Origin: Acidimicrobiaceae bacterium
GTDB taxonomy: Bacteria > Actinomycetota > Acidimicrobiia > Acidimicrobiales > RAAP-2
DNA length: 64,000 nucleotides
Assembly (NCBI GenBank): GCA_027355725.1
Contig: DAIEHI010000167.1
Location: forward strand, 7,711 to 71,710
Direction: 5' to 3'
In this document: piece after piece, positions 19,352 to 32,187 of the stretch
How positions within the stretch are numbered: the stretch's first letter is position 1
Layout: each line of letters opens with the position of its first letter
Notes under the pieces: generated by a model
Database searches by the model: none
Told to the model about the DNA's origin: nothing
What the model saw: only the letters and a program-made list of their open reading frames with translations
Program-made: the position numbers and the translations under genes

Positions 19352-21070
19352 CTACTCGACTGCGACCCTCAATCGCCCCGTGGGGCGTTCAACCGAGCGG
19401 AGCGCTCCAATGAGCGACGCAACATCGCTTGAACGGACTTCGAACCCGTCGCGATCTCCATAGACTCTGACGCTCGTGCCAGCACTGGCCAATCGCTCAG
19501 CGAATTCCCCGGCCGCCTCTCCACTGAGACGCGCTTTGGCGCCAAAAGGCGTGAGAGCAAGCAGCCGGGCGGTCTCGATGTCATCGTGCACGATCTCGTC
19601 GAACTCTCCCCGCTCCAACGCGCGAATCACGCCATCCTCACCACGTCGAGTCTGAACGACGACGACGCCGCGGCCTTCACTACGCGCGCCAACCAGACGA
19701 CCGGCTTTGCCAACCGCACGTATCGCGGCGCGGCGAGACGAATCGCGAGCGGCAAGCAGATACTGGTCGAAGTCCACAAAGATCACGACCCCGCACCGTC
19801 GCACCCTTTGCCAGATCGCCTCGGTACCGACGACGACTCGGGCGAGCTCGCTCGAATGATCGCTCGCGCCGGTCACCTCACTCACCGCTTGACCGAGTTG
19901 AGCGGCAACGTCGCGCGCCAAGGTGCTCACCCCAACGCGCACCGGCTTCAGGTTGGTGGCACCACAGGAGCGACAAAAATTGGCGCGTGGTTCATGTCCA
20001 TCTCGACACAGCAACTGGCCATCGACCTCCAGTTCGGCCTGTCCACACTGGGCGCAGCGCGCGAGTTCCCCGCACGAGCGACACGCGAACAGCCGCCCCG
20101 TGCCCAGTCGCTGAAGAACGACCGCCACGGCAATCGGTTCGTCACCCGAGAGTGCCTTATGCGCCGCGTCGAGCGCGTCACGCGACAAGACACCATCGCG
20201 CGGGTCAGTGTTACGTCGGTCAATGACGCGCACCTGTGGCCAACCCCGCGCGATGTCGCCGTACTTCTCATAGGTCCGACTGGCAACGAGTTCCGGCGAG
20301 GGGATCATGGTCGTTGCCCACAGTGGCGCGTTCTCTCGCCGGCAGCGCTCCACGAGCATCGTGAACGCATCCCAAGTGGGAGAGGCCTCAGAGCGATAGG
20401 TCTCATCATCTGCGTCTACCATGATCGCACCAGCGACCATGGGCACCGGAGCGAGCGCCGTGCCGCGAGCGCCCACGACCACGGGCCAGCCCGCGCGCAT
20501 GCGATCCCACTCAGCGTCACCCGACGCTACGCGCACTCCGCGCTGTTCGAGACGACCACGAAGGCGGTTCGCCCACGCTTCAGTAGGTACCAGCACCAAC
20601 AAAGAGCCCCCTCGATCACGCGTTGCCTCATAGGCACCGAGTATCAAGGGCAGTGGGTCGGCGGTTGGTGAACATTGCAGGACACCAGCCTCGGCCCGCT
20701 GGGCAGTCGTTGCGACGCTGCGGGCCAGCGCTTGGGCGAGAGGCCGCTCGGGCAACACCGTGACGAGTCGATGCGGTGACGACGAGATGAGGAATCTCGA
20801 GAGTGGACTGAACCACCGCCAACTCGCCCACTCGAGCAGTTCTAAGAGTGCCGGCGGCGGGCCGTAACCCAACCACTTGACGACGGGCTTGAGTTCTCGA
20901 GTCGCCTCGGCTTCTCCAATGACCCAACCGCGCACCGAACGATTGTTGAGATTCACCCGAACGCGGTCACCAACGCCACACTGGCTCATCGACTCGCTCA
21001 GCGCGTAATCGAACGGCCTATCGATTGCACCGACCTCGGTGATGATGCGAACCGCGCGCACGGCGCTCAC
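19352..21070 (-). CDS. priA: Primosomal protein N' (degenerate helicase motifs)
   Basis: IDRPFDY 3'-DNA-binding domain, Cys-rich region, VVGTE; between metK and def. Confidence 0.8.
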   Translation of the reverse strand: MSAVRAVRIITEVGAIDRPFDYALSESMSQCGVGDRVRVNLNNRSVRGWVIGEAEATRELKPVVKWLGYGPPPALLELLEWASWRWFSPLSRFLISSSPHRLVTVLPERPLAQALARSVATTAQRAEAGVLQCSPTADPLPLILGAYEATRDRGGSLLVLVPTEAWANRLRGRLEQRGVRVASGDAEWDRMRAGWPVVVGARGTALAPVPMVAGAIMVDADDETYRSEASPTWDAFTMLVERCRRENAPLWATTMIPSPELVASRTYEKYGDIARGWPQVRVIDRRNTDPRDGVLSRDALDAAHKALSGDEPIAVAVVLQRLGTGRLFACRSCGELARCAQCGQAELEVDGQLLCRDGHEPRANFCRSCGATNLKPVRVGVSTLARDVAAQLGQAVSEVTGASDHSSELARVVVGTEAIWQRVRRCGVVIFVDFDQYLLAARDSSRRAAIRAVGKAGRLVGARSEGRGVVVVQTRRGEDGVIRALERGEFDEIVHDDIETARLLALTPFGAKARLSGEAAGEFAERLASAGTSVRVYGDRDGFEVRSSDVASLIGALRSVERPTGRLRVAVE

Positions 21071-21072
21071 CC

Positions 21073-22269
21073 TTAGAGTGACAGTTCTCGGCGCAACTCG
21101 TCAACCCGAGGAGTCTGCTCCCACGCAAAACCCTGGTCACTTCGCCCAAAGTGTCCGTATGCAGCCGTTCGCTGATAGATGGGGCGGCGAAGGTCGAGGT
21201 CACGGATGATCGCTGCGGGGCGCAGATCGAACAGGGCGTCAACCGCCTTTGCGATCCGGGAGCGATCAACTCGCTCAGTGCCGAATGTCTCCACCAGCAC
21301 CGATACCGGTCGTGCGACGCCAATTGCGTAGGCGACCTGGACTTCACAGCGTTGCGCCGCGCCAGAGGCGACCACGTGCTTGGCGACCCAGCGAGCGGCG
21401 TACGCCGCAGATCGGTCCACCTTTGAAGGGTCCTTGCCCGAGAACGCACCGCCGCCATGGCGCGCCATGCCACCGTAGGTGTCGACGATGATCTTTCTCC
21501 CAGTGAGTCCCGCATCGGCGTGAGGGCCACCCAGCACGAATTTTCCAGATGGATTCACATAGATCTTCATCGAACTCGTGTCGAGGTTCGCCGGCAGCAT
21601 GGGCTTGATGACGTGCTCGATGAGGTCATTTCGAATCGTCGTCTGTGAATCGTAGCCATCTTCGTGCTGTGTGGAGATGAGAACTGTCTCGACTGCGACT
21701 GGACGTCCAGCCTCGTAGGCAATCGTCACCTGGGTCTTGCCGTCGGGTCGCAGGTAGGGCACCTGGCCCGATCGACGGACTTGAGAAAGCCGCATCGAGA
21801 AGCGATGGGCCAACCAGATCGGCACGGGCATGAAGTCGTCGTTGTCATCGCACGCGTAGCCGAACATCATGCCTTGGTCACCCGCACCAAGTGCGTTGAG
21901 TTCGTCTTCACCTCCATCACCCGAACGATGTTCGTGCGACACGTCGACGCCATTGGCGATGTCTGGGCTCTGCTTGTCGAGTGACACCAGCACCGCGCAG
22001 GTCTTGCCGTCGAAGCCTTTGGCACTATCGTCATAACCAATATCGAGGATCGTTCGTCGAGCGATCGCACTGATGTCAACAACAGCAGACGTCGTAATCT
22101 CACCAGCCACCACGCACAGACCAGTCGTCAACAAAGTCTCGCAAGCCACTCGCGCACTCGGATCTTGGGTGAGGATCGCGTCGAGGACGCTGTCGGAGAC
22201 CTGATCGGCGATCTTGTCCGGATGACCTTCGGTTACCGACTCCGACGTGAAGAGGGTGCGGTCGCTCAT
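21073..22269 (-). CDS. metK: S-adenosylmethionine synthetase
   Basis: [28 protein letters not shown]. Confidence 0.98.
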   Translation of the reverse strand: MSDRTLFTSESVTEGHPDKIADQVSDSVLDAILTQDPSARVACETLLTTGLCVVAGEITTSAVVDISAIARRTILDIGYDDSAKGFDGKTCAVLVSLDKQSPDIANGVDVSHEHRSGDGGEDELNALGAGDQGMMFGYACDDNDDFMPVPIWLAHRFSMRLSQVRRSGQVPYLRPDGKTQVTIAYEAGRPVAVETVLISTQHEDGYDSQTTIRNDLIEHVIKPMLPANLDTSSMKIYVNPSGKFVLGGPHADAGLTGRKIIVDTYGGMARHGGGAFSGKDPSKVDRSAAYAARWVAKHVVASGAAQRCEVQVAYAIGVARPVSVLVETFGTERVDRSRIAKAVDALFDLRPAAIIRDLDLRRPIYQRTAAYGHFGRSDQGFAWEQTPRVDELRRELSL

Positions 22270-23498
22270 GGTGCTCCTTGATTTAACAATGAAGCCACCC
22301 TAGTCAATATCTCGTACGAAATTGCTTCTTTCGATCGCAACGTCACGGTGGAGGCTTCGGCGTTCTTGGCGAGGATTACCACTTCATTGGTCGTGTGTTC
22401 AAACCCGACTCCCGCAGCACTGACGTCGTTGACAACGAGAAGATCAACGTCCTTGCGTTGAAGTTTCGCCACGGCGTTCTCAAGTACGTCGTGGGTCTCG
22501 GCGGCAAATCCCACTATGACTTGACCGCTGCGACGCTCTGCGACCAGGTCTTGAAGGATGTCCGGGGTCGCCACCAGCTCTAACACCGGGACGCCCGCAC
22601 CCTTTTTCAACTTGATCGGTGCCGAATCAAGCGTGAAATCAGACACCGCCGCGGCCATGATGATCACGTCACTCTCATGAGCCCGCTCCATGAGAGCAGT
22701 TCGCATCTGTGCCGCACTCTCCACGTGCACCACATCAACCTGGTTCACAACGTCGAGTGCCAAGTTGAGCTCGGAGGCGCTAACGAGGGTGACGTGCGCA
22801 CCGAGTCGGTGTGCGACCTCGGCTAGGGCTATGCCCTGGCGACCCGATGATCGGTTGGAGATCACGCGCACCGGGTCAATCGCCTCACGCGTCCCCCCGG
22901 CACTTATCAACACGTTCTGGCCGCTTAATGGTCCTCGGTAACCGCGAACAATGTGTTCAACCATTGCAAAGATCTCTTCAGGCTCTCGAAGCCGACCCGC
23001 GCCGACATCACCCCCGGCCAGCGCTCCAGTCGCTGGTTCCATCACAAGAACTCCACGTCGGCGCAAGAGCGCGAGATTCTCCTGTACCGAGGGCTGCTCC
23101 CACATCTCGGTGTGCATTGCGGGACAGAGCAGCACGGGCGCTCGAGACGCGAGCAACGTGGCACTCAACAGGTCATCCGCGAGACCCATTGCGAATCGCG
23201 CAATCAAGTGCGCGGTCGCTGGAGCGACCACTATGAGCGCGGCGTGTTGGCCCAGATAGGTGTGGGGAATCGGTGTCGTTGGATCACCGTAAAGGCTGGT
23301 GCGAGTCGGTTCACTGGCAAGCGCCGAGAAGGTCACCTCTCCGACAAAGCGCGTTGCGTCGCGCGTGAGGACTGGAGAGACGAAATAGCCAGCGTCGCGC
23401 AGCCGTCGCAGCAACTCAACTGACTTATACGCAGCAATGCCTCCGCCAACGCCTAGAACAATGCGAGGAGCCGAATGGTCAGGCGTCGCGGAGGGCAT
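22266..23498 (-). CDS. coaBC: Phosphopantothenoylcysteine decarboxylase/ligase
   Basis: [38 protein letters not shown]; start trimmed. Confidence 0.95.
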   Translation of the reverse strand: MPSATPDHSAPRIVLGVGGGIAAYKSVELLRRLRDAGYFVSPVLTRDATRFVGEVTFSALASEPTRTSLYGDPTTPIPHTYLGQHAALIVVAPATAHLIARFAMGLADDLLSATLLASRAPVLLCPAMHTEMWEQPSVQENLALLRRRGVLVMEPATGALAGGDVGAGRLREPEEIFAMVEHIVRGYRGPLSGQNVLISAGGTREAIDPVRVISNRSSGRQGIALAEVAHRLGAHVTLVSASELNLALDVVNQVDVVHVESAAQMRTALMERAHESDVIIMAAAVSDFTLDSAPIKLKKGAGVPVLELVATPDILQDLVAERRSGQVIVGFAAETHDVLENAVAKLQRKDVDLLVVNDVSAAGVGFEHTTNEVVILAKNAEASTVTLRSKEAISYEILTRVASLLNQGAP

Positions 23499-23832
23499 CG
23501 GTGAAGGCGTCCAGGTCGTTATTGGCGTCCTGGCGAGCCTGCTCCAACGCCTCGGCCTGGAGGCGCTCCGCTTCGATTTCCTCGGCTGTTGGGCGATGGA
23601 ATTCCAACTTGCCTTGGTACAACTCCTCCATCGCGAGCGAGAGTGACTTGTTCGACAGTGAGGTGACCTGAGGCGGAATGAGTGCTCCGTGGCCCGAACC
23701 GAGACCGTTGTAGTACTCGTTGATCTCGCGAGCACGAATTGCGGTCACCGCTACCAGCGTGAACTTGGAGTCTCCGACCTTGGCCAATAAGGTCTCGATG
23801 GGCGGGTCAACAAGTGTGGGGCGTTCGGCCAT
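23479..23832 (-). CDS. rpoZ: RNA polymerase omega subunit
   Basis: PPIETLL..V.SKFTLV...RAREINEYY. Confidence 0.92.
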   Translation of the reverse strand: MAERPTLVDPPIETLLAKVGDSKFTLVAVTAIRAREINEYYNGLGSGHGALIPPQVTSLSNKSLSLAMEELYQGKLEFHRPTAEEIEAERLQAEALEQARQDANNDLDAFTDALRDA

Positions 23833-23846
23833 GGAAAGCAGTCCTT

Positions 23847-24419
23847 TTACGAGGGAAGACGTCGCAACTGACGAAGTCTCTCCAGTATAGAGAGGATTTC
23901 GCCGGTCGCTCGCTCGATTTCATCGTTCACCACGATGAATGATGCTATTTTCTCGCCTTTTGCGAGTTCATCAGGGGTGCTTGAGAGGCGCATCGCGACG
24001 TGCTGATCCTCGTCACCGCGTCGGCGCAGTCGATCTTCGAGTTGGCCCATGGAGGGAGGCAACAACATGATCACCACCGCATCGGGGTAGGCCTCGAGGA
24101 CCTGAGCGGCCCCCTGCACCTCTATCTCGAGCAGAACGTCAGCGCCGTCCGGCGCCGTGGGAAGTGGCGTGCCGTAGAGGTTGCCGTGGAACTCCGCCCA
24201 CTCAAGGAACTGGTCATCGTCAATGGCTTCTTCAAAGGTGGCTCGATCGACGAAGTGATACTCGAAGCCCTTCTCGGTGGCGCGTTGGGGGCGAGTGGTC
24301 CAACTTCGACTGAGCCAAAGGCGATCATCTCGTTCAAGTAGTCGCTGGGCAACGGTCCCCTTGCCAACTCCGCCAGGCCCAATGAGTACGACGATCAGTG
24401 ATTCAGCGGACAAGGGCAC
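23847..24419 (-). CDS. gmk: Guanylate kinase
   Basis: GPGGVGKGT, SWTTRP, FLEWAEFHGNLYGT. Confidence 0.95.
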   Translation of the reverse strand: MPLSAESLIVVLIGPGGVGKGTVAQRLLERDDRLWLSRSWTTRPQRATEKGFEYHFVDRATFEEAIDDDQFLEWAEFHGNLYGTPLPTAPDGADVLLEIEVQGAAQVLEAYPDAVVIMLLPPSMGQLEDRLRRRGDEDQHVAMRLSSTPDELAKGEKIASFIVVNDEIERATGEILSILERLRQLRRLPS

Positions 24420-24723
24420 GAAAGAGTTCTGCGCGCTGCTTTGGACCTAGTCCTCTGATGCGGCGGGTCTTCGCGATCGAAGCGCTCTTCATGATCCGCT
24501 CGGCCTTGACCTCGCCAATGGCCGGCAGCGCGCTGATGAGGTCATAGGCCCTCATCTGAGCGACACACTCCTCGCGCTTGGCCAACTCAAACAACTCTTC
24601 GAGTGAGAGTTCACCCGACTTCACCTGACGCTTGACCTCAGCGCGACGTCGACGATTCGCTACGGCGAGGCGTGAAGCTTCGACGCGCTGTTCGTGCGAG
24701 AGAGTTGGCGGAGTTGGGGTCAC
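24403..24723 (-). CDS. mihF: Actinobacterial integration host factor
   Basis: PTLS.EQR...RRRRAEVKRQVKSG...RRIRGLGPKQR. Confidence 0.9.
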   Translation of the reverse strand: MTPTPPTLSHEQRVEASRLAVANRRRRAEVKRQVKSGELSLEELFELAKREECVAQMRAYDLISALPAIGEVKAERIMKSASIAKTRRIRGLGPKQRAELFRALVR

Positions 24724-24758
24724 GAGGTCAGATTACTCCTGTCTGGACCCTCGCATAC

Positions 24759-25595
24759 TTAGAGCAGTGCCGCGCTCAATTCGTCGCGCCAACGACGGGC
24801 GGAATCTCGAAGCGCCGAGCGCTCTGGGCCAACGTCCAGGATCGCTCTACCCACGTTGACCAGGACAGTTCCAATCGGACAGCGATCGAATAGCCGAGCG
24901 ACTTGGTCAGAGTTTGCTCCTTGGGCGCCCACGCCCGGCACGAGGTAAGGGCCTCCGAGCTGAGCCAGGTCGAACTCAGGTCGCTCCCTCGTCGCCCCGA
25001 GCACCGCACCCAGGGAACCAATGCCCTCACGACGCTCGTTGAACTCAGACACGCTTCGAAGTATCAACGACTCGACGCTCACGTCCTCATCGGTGCGAGC
25101 ACGCTGTATCTGGCGACCTTCGATATTCGAGGTGGCCGACAACACGAACGCGCCACGCCCACTCTCCTCGGCGCGACGTAGGAACGGCGCCAATGACTCG
25201 ACGCCGAGATAGGGATTGAGCGTGAGCGCATCGACACATAGAGGCGATTCGTCGGCGAGCCACGCTTCGGCGTAACCCTCGTTGGTCGATCCAATGTCAC
25301 CTCGCTTGACGTCGGCGACGATCATCACGTCGGCGTCGCGGGCGTCCTCGAGCACGCGCTCGAGGACGCGATAACCAGCCGACCCGAAGCGTTCGAAGTA
25401 CGAGACCTGAGGCTTCACGACGCTGGCGGTGCCGATCACTGCCTCAAGAACAGCCAAGGAGAAGAACTCCAATCCGTCGACGGTATCTGCTCGCCCCCAC
25501 TTCTCAATCATCGATGCGCTCGGGTCAATACCGACGCACAACGGTCCGAGGGCCTTGATGCGCTCTTGTAGGCGTACGCCGAACGATTCAGCCAT
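24759..25595 (-). CDS. pyrF: Orotidine-5'-phosphate decarboxylase
   Basis: LCVGIDP, KPQ, DVKRGDIGST, PGVGAQG. Confidence 0.95.
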   Translation of the reverse strand: MAESFGVRLQERIKALGPLCVGIDPSASMIEKWGRADTVDGLEFFSLAVLEAVIGTASVVKPQVSYFERFGSAGYRVLERVLEDARDADVMIVADVKRGDIGSTNEGYAEAWLADESPLCVDALTLNPYLGVESLAPFLRRAEESGRGAFVLSATSNIEGRQIQRARTDEDVSVESLILRSVSEFNERREGIGSLGAVLGATRERPEFDLAQLGGPYLVPGVGAQGANSDQVARLFDRCPIGTVLVNVGRAILDVGPERSALRDSARRWRDELSAALL

Positions 25596-26496
25596 GAGCG
25601 ACTCCCACTAGTTCTTCGATTGAGGCTACGTGATGCTTCTCAAGCCATTTCTGTGCACCGCGCTGTACGAGCCACGGCGCACGCGGATTGGCGAAGGTGG
25701 CGGTGCCCACTTCAACCGCGTTGGCACCCGCCATCACCATTGCGATCGCATCCTCACCGTCACTGATGCCACCCACCCCGACGATGGGGATATCGCGAAA
25801 CGCCTCGCGGCATTCAAAGACCGCACGAAGCGCCACCGGGAGGATTCCCGGTCCGCTCACGCCTCCCCCGCCGTTGCCCAGGCTCGCGCGGCGGTTCTCA
25901 ATGTCTATGGCGAGACCGAGCACGGTGTTCACCAGCACCAACGCACTCGCACCAGCCTCAATCGCTGCCCCGGCGATGGAGACGATATCGGGGGTATTCG
26001 GACTCAACTTCACCCACAGTGGTACGTTCGCCACGCGCGATGCGTCGACGATCGACCGGGTCGCCTCGGCGGAGTGAGCAAAGATTTGCGATCGACTCTC
26101 AAGATTCGGACAGCTCGCGTTCACTTCAAGCGCCACGATGTTGGCGCCTCGCATCAACGCTGCGGCCTCAGCGAACTCATCGACGTTGCGGCCCCAAATC
26201 GATCCGACAACCGTGGCGCCTCGGCGCTCGAGCGCTGGGAGGTCTTCGCGTCGCCAGTGTTCGACCCCAGGGCCCGCGAGACCCACCGCGTTCAACATGT
26301 GCCTGCCCGACGCGGCGAGTCGAGGTGGTGGATTACCGTCCCATTGAAAGGCCGCGAGTGACTTGGTCACGACCGCGCCCAGTGCTGCGAGGTCACCGTA
26401 ACCGCTCAGTTCGTCACCGTGACCAGCGGTCCCTGAGGCGGTCAAGACGAAGGAGCGAAGCGCAACATCACCCACCCTCGTGCTCAGAGCGCTCAC
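25588..26496 (-). CDS. pyrD: Dihydroorotate dehydrogenase, family 1
   Basis: TASGT, GNPPPR, NASCPN, VKLSPN, GGVSG; GTG 26496 overlaps carB stop. Confidence 0.92.
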   Translation of the reverse strand: MSALSTRVGDVALRSFVLTASGTAGHGDELSGYGDLAALGAVVTKSLAAFQWDGNPPPRLAASGRHMLNAVGLAGPGVEHWRREDLPALERRGATVVGSIWGRNVDEFAEAAALMRGANIVALEVNASCPNLESRSQIFAHSAEATRSIVDASRVANVPLWVKLSPNTPDIVSIAGAAIEAGASALVLVNTVLGLAIDIENRRASLGNGGGGVSGPGILPVALRAVFECREAFRDIPIVGVGGISDGEDAIAMVMAGANAVEVGTATFANPRAPWLVQRGAQKWLEKHHVASIEELVGVAHG

Positions 26497-29400
26497 TGAT
26501 GCAACTCCTGGAGTGAGCGCACGCGCCAACCGTGCGCACGGGTATCGGCAATGCCCTTGGCCGCGGCGAAGGCCGCAGCCAAGGTGGTCAGACACGGAAC
26601 CGAGTGGACCACGCACGTTGTACGGATTGAAGAACCATCTGCGCGCGCGCCGCCTCCCGAGGGTGTGTTGACGACCAGTTGGACTTCACCTGACTCGATG
26701 AGCGACACGGCATTCACGCCCATGTCCGCAAGACCAATCTTGCCGACGAGCGTGTCGACCTCAACCCCATTGGCTCGAAGGTAGCCAGCGGTACCCACCG
26801 TCGCGGCGATGACGAACCCCAAGGCCACGAGCTGGCGCGCCAGTTCAAGGCCCTGGACCTTGTCGCGATCCGCGAGCGACAAGAACACCCGACCTGAATC
26901 GGGCAGCCTCGTGCCAGCGGACAATTGTGCCTTGGCGAATGCGATGCCGAAGCTCTCGCCGATGCCCATCACCTCTCCCGTTGAGCGCATCTCGGGTCCA
27001 AGGATTGTGTCGACTCCTGGGAATCGACTGAACGGCAGAACCGCTTCCTTCACACTCACGTACTCGGGGCGCGGTGTCGTCACCGGCACCACCTGCAGCG
27101 CGCGAAGTTCCCCGAGCGTTTGGCCCATCATGACGCGCACGGCCACCTGAGCGAGCGCCACGCCGGTGGCTTTGGCGACGAAGGGTACGGTGCGACTGGC
27201 CCGTGGATTCGCCTCGAGAACATAGACGAGCCCGTCCTTCACCGCGTATTGGACGTTGATGAGCCCGACGACGTTCAATGCCGCAGCGATCTTTCGCGTG
27301 TAGTCACCTATCATCGCGAGCACCTCGTCCCCGAGGGTCTGTGGCGGCAGTGCACACGCCGAGTCACCCGAATGAACGCCCGCCTCTTCGACGTGCTCCA
27401 TCACGCCCGCGATGAAGAGGTCGCCCGTAGCGTCACGAACCGCATCCACGTCAACTTCAATCGCGTCTTCGAGGAAACGGTCGATGAGGATCGGGCGGCT
27501 CTGAGAGACACCGCCCTCTCTCGCAAGGGAACCATGCACACTCGTCAGATCGGCCATCACCCGTTCGAGCGCGGCGTCGTCATAGACAATCTCCATCGCC
27601 CTGCCACCAAGGACGTAACTCGGACGAACGAGCACGGGGTAACCAATTGACTTGACGACCCTCTTCGCTTCGGCGAGGGTCACGACGACATCTCCAGGCG
27701 GCTGGCGCAACTCGAGTGATCGACAAATGTCCGACCATCGCTCACGGTCCTCGGCCGCATCAATTGACGCGACCGACGTCCCGAGCACCATCGCCTCGTC
27801 GAGCGAATGGGACAACTTGAGTGGAGTCTGGCCCCCGAGCGAGACAATGACGCCCGCGACGCGCGCACCGTCGGTGCACGCGGCCTGCTCGGCGAGAATC
27901 ACTTCTGCGAGGTCCTCGGGTGTCAATGGCTCGAAGTAGAGCCTGTCCGAGGTCGAATAGTCGGTTGACACCGTTTCGGGGTTGCAGTTCACCATGACGG
28001 TCTCATAACCCATGTCGCGAAGCGCCATCGCCGCATGCACGCAGCAGTAATCGAACTCAATGCCCTGACCAATCCGATTTGGGCCTGAGCCGAGGATGAT
28101 GACGCGGTCTCGTGACGAGAGTTCCACTTCGGTCGTGTCGTCATAGGTGCTGTAGTGATAGGGCGTTGACGCCTCGAACTCAGCCGAACACGTGTCGACG
28201 GTCTTGAAGACCGTCGCGACACCAGCCGCTCGACGAAGCGAAGTCACCTCACTCGTGTCACCACCAGTGAGCATGGCGATTTGGGAGTCCGAGAATCCCC
28301 ACCGCTTGTACTCAAGCCATGCACCACGATCCCACGCCGCCAGCTCGACGCCGGCGACCAACGCACGCTCACGCCCAACGATCTGCTCCAGTTGGTGAAT
28401 GAACCAGAGGTCAATACGAGTGCGTCGCGCGATTTCTTCAATCGACTCCTCGCGCCACAGCGCTTCGTGCAGAGCGTACAGTCGCTCGGGCGTCGCCACC
28501 TCGCATCGCCGCCACAACGCCTCTGTGTCCAAGGCTGCGAACTCCGTGTCGCCACCGAGCGCGAAGCCCACACGGCCCTGCTCCAATGAGCGGATGGCTT
28601 TTTGCAGGGACTCTGCGAATGTGCGCCCAATCGCCATCACTTCGCCCACTGACTGCATACGCGTACCGAGCTCAGGCTTCGAGCCCGGCAGTTTCTCAAA
28701 GGCCCAACGCGGGATCTTCACCACCACGTAGTCAATGACCGGCTCGAAGCTCGCTGGCGTTGACTTGGTGATGTCATTTGGAATCTCATTCAACGTATAG
28801 CCCACTGCGAGTCGTGCGGCGATCCTCGCGATCGAGAATCCCGTCGCCTTAGATGCCAGAGCACTGGATCGGCTCACCCGGGGGTTCATCTCGATCACCA
28901 ATCGCTCGCCGTTCTCAGGGTTCACCGCGAACTGGACGTTCGAGCCGCCCGTCTCCACCCCCACTCGTCGCAGCACCGCAAAGGCGTCGTCTCGCATGGC
29001 CTGGTACTCCACGTCCGAGAGCGTTTGCGCGGGTGCGACGGTGATCGAGTCGCCCGTGTGAACCCCCATGGGGTCGAAGTTCTCGATGCTGCAGATGACA
29101 ACGCAGTTGTCTGCGACGTCACGCATCACTTCAAGCTCGTACTCCTTCCAACCAGCAATCGACTTCTCGACGAGAATCTCACCAATAGGTGAAGCTGCGA
29201 TGCCTTCTTGGGCGAGCTGGCGAAACGCGACCTCGTCATGGGCAATACCGGTGCCCGCACCGCCAAGAATGAAGCTCGGGCGCACGATGATCGGCCAGCC
29301 AATTGCCTGGGCGATGCGGGTTGCCTCTTCTACGTCATGGGCGAATCCCGATTCGGGAACCGCCAGACCGATGTCGCCCATCGCGGCCTTGAACAACTCG

Positions 29401-29786
29401 CGGTCCTCCGCGGTCGCAATCGCTTCGGGGCGCGCACCGATCACCTCCACGCCAAATCGCTCCGGCACGCCGCGGCGCACCAACTCCATGGTCAGGTTCA
29501 ACGCGGTTTGTCCACCGAGCGTAGGAAGCAGCGCATCGGGTCGCTCGCGCTCGATGATGTCAATGAGCACATCGGCGTCCAGCGGCTCGACGTAGGTGAC
29601 GTCGGCAGTCGCCGGATCGGTCATGATCGTCGCGGGATTTGAGTTGACGAGAATCACTCGGTAACCCTCTTCGCGAAGCACCTGACAGGCTTGCGTGCCC
29701 GAGTAGTCAAACTCACAAGCCTGACCAATCACGATTGGCCCTGAACCAATCACCATGATCGAATGGATATCGTTACGCCGCGGCAT
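26493..29786 (-). CDS. carB: Carbamoyl-phosphate synthase large subunit
   Basis: [48 protein letters not shown]. Confidence 0.98.
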   Translation of the reverse strand: MPRRNDIHSIMVIGSGPIVIGQACEFDYSGTQACQVLREEGYRVILVNSNPATIMTDPATADVTYVEPLDADVLIDIIERERPDALLPTLGGQTALNLTMELVRRGVPERFGVEVIGARPEAIATAEDRELFKAAMGDIGLAVPESGFAHDVEEATRIAQAIGWPIIVRPSFILGGAGTGIAHDEVAFRQLAQEGIAASPIGEILVEKSIAGWKEYELEVMRDVADNCVVICSIENFDPMGVHTGDSITVAPAQTLSDVEYQAMRDDAFAVLRRVGVETGGSNVQFAVNPENGERLVIEMNPRVSRSSALASKATGFSIARIAARLAVGYTLNEIPNDITKSTPASFEPVIDYVVVKIPRWAFEKLPGSKPELGTRMQSVGEVMAIGRTFAESLQKAIRSLEQGRVGFALGGDTEFAALDTEALWRRCEVATPERLYALHEALWREESIEEIARRTRIDLWFIHQLEQIVGRERALVAGVELAAWDRGAWLEYKRWGFSDSQIAMLTGGDTSEVTSLRRAAGVATVFKTVDTCSAEFEASTPYHYSTYDDTTEVELSSRDRVIILGSGPNRIGQGIEFDYCCVHAAMALRDMGYETVMVNCNPETVSTDYSTSDRLYFEPLTPEDLAEVILAEQAACTDGARVAGVIVSLGGQTPLKLSHSLDEAMVLGTSVASIDAAEDRERWSDICRSLELRQPPGDVVVTLAEAKRVVKSIGYPVLVRPSYVLGGRAMEIVYDDAALERVMADLTSVHGSLAREGGVSQSRPILIDRFLEDAIEVDVDAVRDATGDLFIAGVMEHVEEAGVHSGDSACALPPQTLGDEVLAMIGDYTRKIAAALNVVGLINVQYAVKDGLVYVLEANPRASRTVPFVAKATGVALAQVAVRVMMGQTLGELRALQVVPVTTPRPEYVSVKEAVLPFSRFPGVDTILGPEMRSTGEVMGIGESFGIAFAKAQLSAGTRLPDSGRVFLSLADRDKVQGLELARQLVALGFVIAATVGTAGYLRANGVEVDTLVGKIGLADMGVNAVSLIESGEVQLVVNTPSGGGARADGSSIRTTCVVHSVPCLTTLAAAFAAAKGIADTRAHGWRVRSLQELHQ

Positions 29787-30877
29787 TACTTACTCTCCAA
29801 GATTCCCGTGTGCAGCAGTGATTCAAAACGATCAAACAAGTAGCGTGCGTCGTGAGGCCCAGGACCCGCCTCGGGGTGATACTGCACCGAAAAGCAACGC
29901 TCCTCGGGCGTTGCGATGCCTTCAATCACGCCGTCGTTCAAATTGACATGACTGACCGTGCCCCGTGAGAGCGTGCCGGGGCTGACCGCGTAATTGTGAT
30001 TCTGGGCGGTGATCTCGATGCGCCCAGTCGCGAGGTCGTGGACTGGATGGTTGCTGCCGTGATGGCCGAAGGGCAATTTGAAGGTGGTCGCGCCGAGCGC
30101 GCTCGCGAGTAGTTGGTGGCCGAGACAGATGCCGAAGATTGGAACAGTTCCCACCAATTGACTGATCACCGCGACATTGTCTGACAACGCTGCCGGATCG
30201 CCCGGTCCGTTGGAGAGAAAGACGCCATCGGGCGAGAGGGCACGCACGTCGCTCGCTGAGGTACTCGATGGGACCACGGTCACTCGGAATCGATCGGCGA
30301 GTTGGTTCACCATCGTTGACTTGATGCCGTAGTCGAAGGCGACCACGTGCAACTGACCCTCACCACGCGTGAAAGATTGCTTGATCGACACGGTCGAAAC
30401 CAAATCGGTGTCATCAGTGCCCTTGGCGTGTCGAGCGGCATTGGCGACGAGCTCAGCGCCAGCGTGACCGAATGCCCCCGGCAGTGCACCGTGAGCACGC
30501 AGGTGACGAGTGAGTCGTCGAGTATCGATCCCGGTGATGGCCGGGATGCGATGGTGGATGAGGAAGTCCTCGAGCGAACCGGCCGAGCGCCAGTTGGATG
30601 GCACTTCACTCAGCTCGCGAGTCACGATCCCCCGACACCACGGGTGCACCGCTTCATCGTCAAGTGGCGTGACACCGTAGTTGCCGATGTGGGGATAGGT
30701 GAAAGTAATGATCTGACCCGCGTAGCTCGGATCCGTGATCACTTCTTGATAACCGCTGAGCGCGGTGTTGAAGACGAACTCACCGGTCGTCAATCCGTCG
30801 TCGGGCAAGAAACCCGCGGCGTAGCCTTCGAATCGGGTGCCGTCACCCAAAACGAGAACTGCTGGAGTTCGTCTCAT
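29786..30877 (-). CDS. carA: Carbamoyl-phosphate synthase small subunit
   Basis: [28 protein letters not shown]. Confidence 0.97.
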   Translation of the reverse strand: MRRTPAVLVLGDGTRFEGYAAGFLPDDGLTTGEFVFNTALSGYQEVITDPSYAGQIITFTYPHIGNYGVTPLDDEAVHPWCRGIVTRELSEVPSNWRSAGSLEDFLIHHRIPAITGIDTRRLTRHLRAHGALPGAFGHAGAELVANAARHAKGTDDTDLVSTVSIKQSFTRGEGQLHVVAFDYGIKSTMVNQLADRFRVTVVPSSTSASDVRALSPDGVFLSNGPGDPAALSDNVAVISQLVGTVPIFGICLGHQLLASALGATTFKLPFGHHGSNHPVHDLATGRIEITAQNHNYAVSPGTLSRGTVSHVNLNDGVIEGIATPEERCFSVQYHPEAGPGPHDARYLFDRFESLLHTGILESK

Positions 30878-32187
30878 ATGAGCAGTCCCTCATTCACAAT
30901 CAGTTGTCCTTTCGCCACGGTGGCGCGAACCCGGCCGAGCAACTCGCGCCCGTGATAGGGCGTATTTCGTGCGCGACTTTGCAGCCCATCCGCGTCAACG
31001 TGCCAGCGCGCACGCGGATCGAAGACGACGATGTTGGCGTCTTCTCCGGCGACGAGCGAGCCCCCGTGCGAGCTGTGTCGAGGGTGCGCGTCACTCTTTC
31101 GAAGTTGGGCAATGCGTGCCGGACCACGACTCAGCAACTCGAAGAACCGTAGCGCCACGTCAGACCCTCCCCCGAGCGCCTCGAGCGTGAGCGACGCCGC
31201 GTGTTCGAGACCGAGCATTCCCGCTGGTGCCTCGTCGAAGGCCAGATCCTTCAGTTCTGGTGCATGAGGCGCGTGGTCGGTCGCCACCGCGTCGACCATG
31301 CCCGAACGAAGGGCTTCTCTCAGCGCCAGGACATCCGCGGCACTTCGAAGCGGCGGATGGACTTTGAAGATGGGGTCAAAACCTTCGCAGGCGCTCTCGT
31401 CGAGGGTGAAATGATGGGGCGCCACCTCGAATGTGACGCGAAGCCCCTGGCGCTGCGCCTCATGCACCAACGCGAGAGAGCGTGCGGTTGAAAGGTGCAA
31501 GAAATGCAGCGCCCCACCCGTCAATCGCACCAACTCAATGTCGCGCATCACCATCAGTTCTTCGGCGAGCGCCGGTCGACCAATCAAGCCGAGGCGACTG
31601 CTGATCGCGCCTTCGTTCATGGTGCCGTTCGACGCGAGCGATTCGTCCTCACAGTGTTGCGCCAGGCGAACGCCAAGGGGTGCTGCATATGTGAGTGCGC
31701 GTCGCATCAGTGAAGGGTCCTGGACCCCGGTGCCGTCATCGGTGAAAAGGCGCACGCCCAGTGCCGCTAGCTCGCCCATCGGCGCCAATCTCTCGCCCGC
31801 CCGCCCCACAGTGATCGCACCAGCGACGGCGATGTCCAGCACTGTTCGTGCGCCGCGCTCGAGTACGTAACTCACTAACGCGACGCTGTCGAGCGCGGGT
31901 TCGGTGTTGGGCATCGCCACCAGGGCGGTGAATCCACCAATCGCACCTGCGCGAGCGCCGCTCTCGATGGTCTCAGCCTCTTCTCGACCAGGTTCACGTA
32001 AATGCGTATGAAGATCCACAAAGCCCGGACCCACCCAACAACCCTCAGCGTCGACGACCGCGACGCCAGACGGCACCGAACTGATCTCGCCGGTCTCTAC
32101 GATCGTGCCGTCCACGACGAGAACGTCACCCATTTCAAGTGACGTCGCTCCAGCGATCATTCCATTTCGTATCACCAGTGAACTCAC
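30874..32187 (-). CDS. pyrC: Dihydroorotase
   Basis: DLHTHLREPG, MPNT, ATDHAPH. Confidence 0.95.
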   Translation of the reverse strand: MSSLVIRNGMIAGATSLEMGDVLVVDGTIVETGEISSVPSGVAVVDAEGCWVGPGFVDLHTHLREPGREEAETIESGARAGAIGGFTALVAMPNTEPALDSVALVSYVLERGARTVLDIAVAGAITVGRAGERLAPMGELAALGVRLFTDDGTGVQDPSLMRRALTYAAPLGVRLAQHCEDESLASNGTMNEGAISSRLGLIGRPALAEELMVMRDIELVRLTGGALHFLHLSTARSLALVHEAQRQGLRVTFEVAPHHFTLDESACEGFDPIFKVHPPLRSAADVLALREALRSGMVDAVATDHAPHAPELKDLAFDEAPAGMLGLEHAASLTLEALGGGSDVALRFFELLSRGPARIAQLRKSDAHPRHSSHGGSLVAGEDANIVVFDPRARWHVDADGLQSRARNTPYHGRELLGRVRATVAKGQLIVNEGLLI

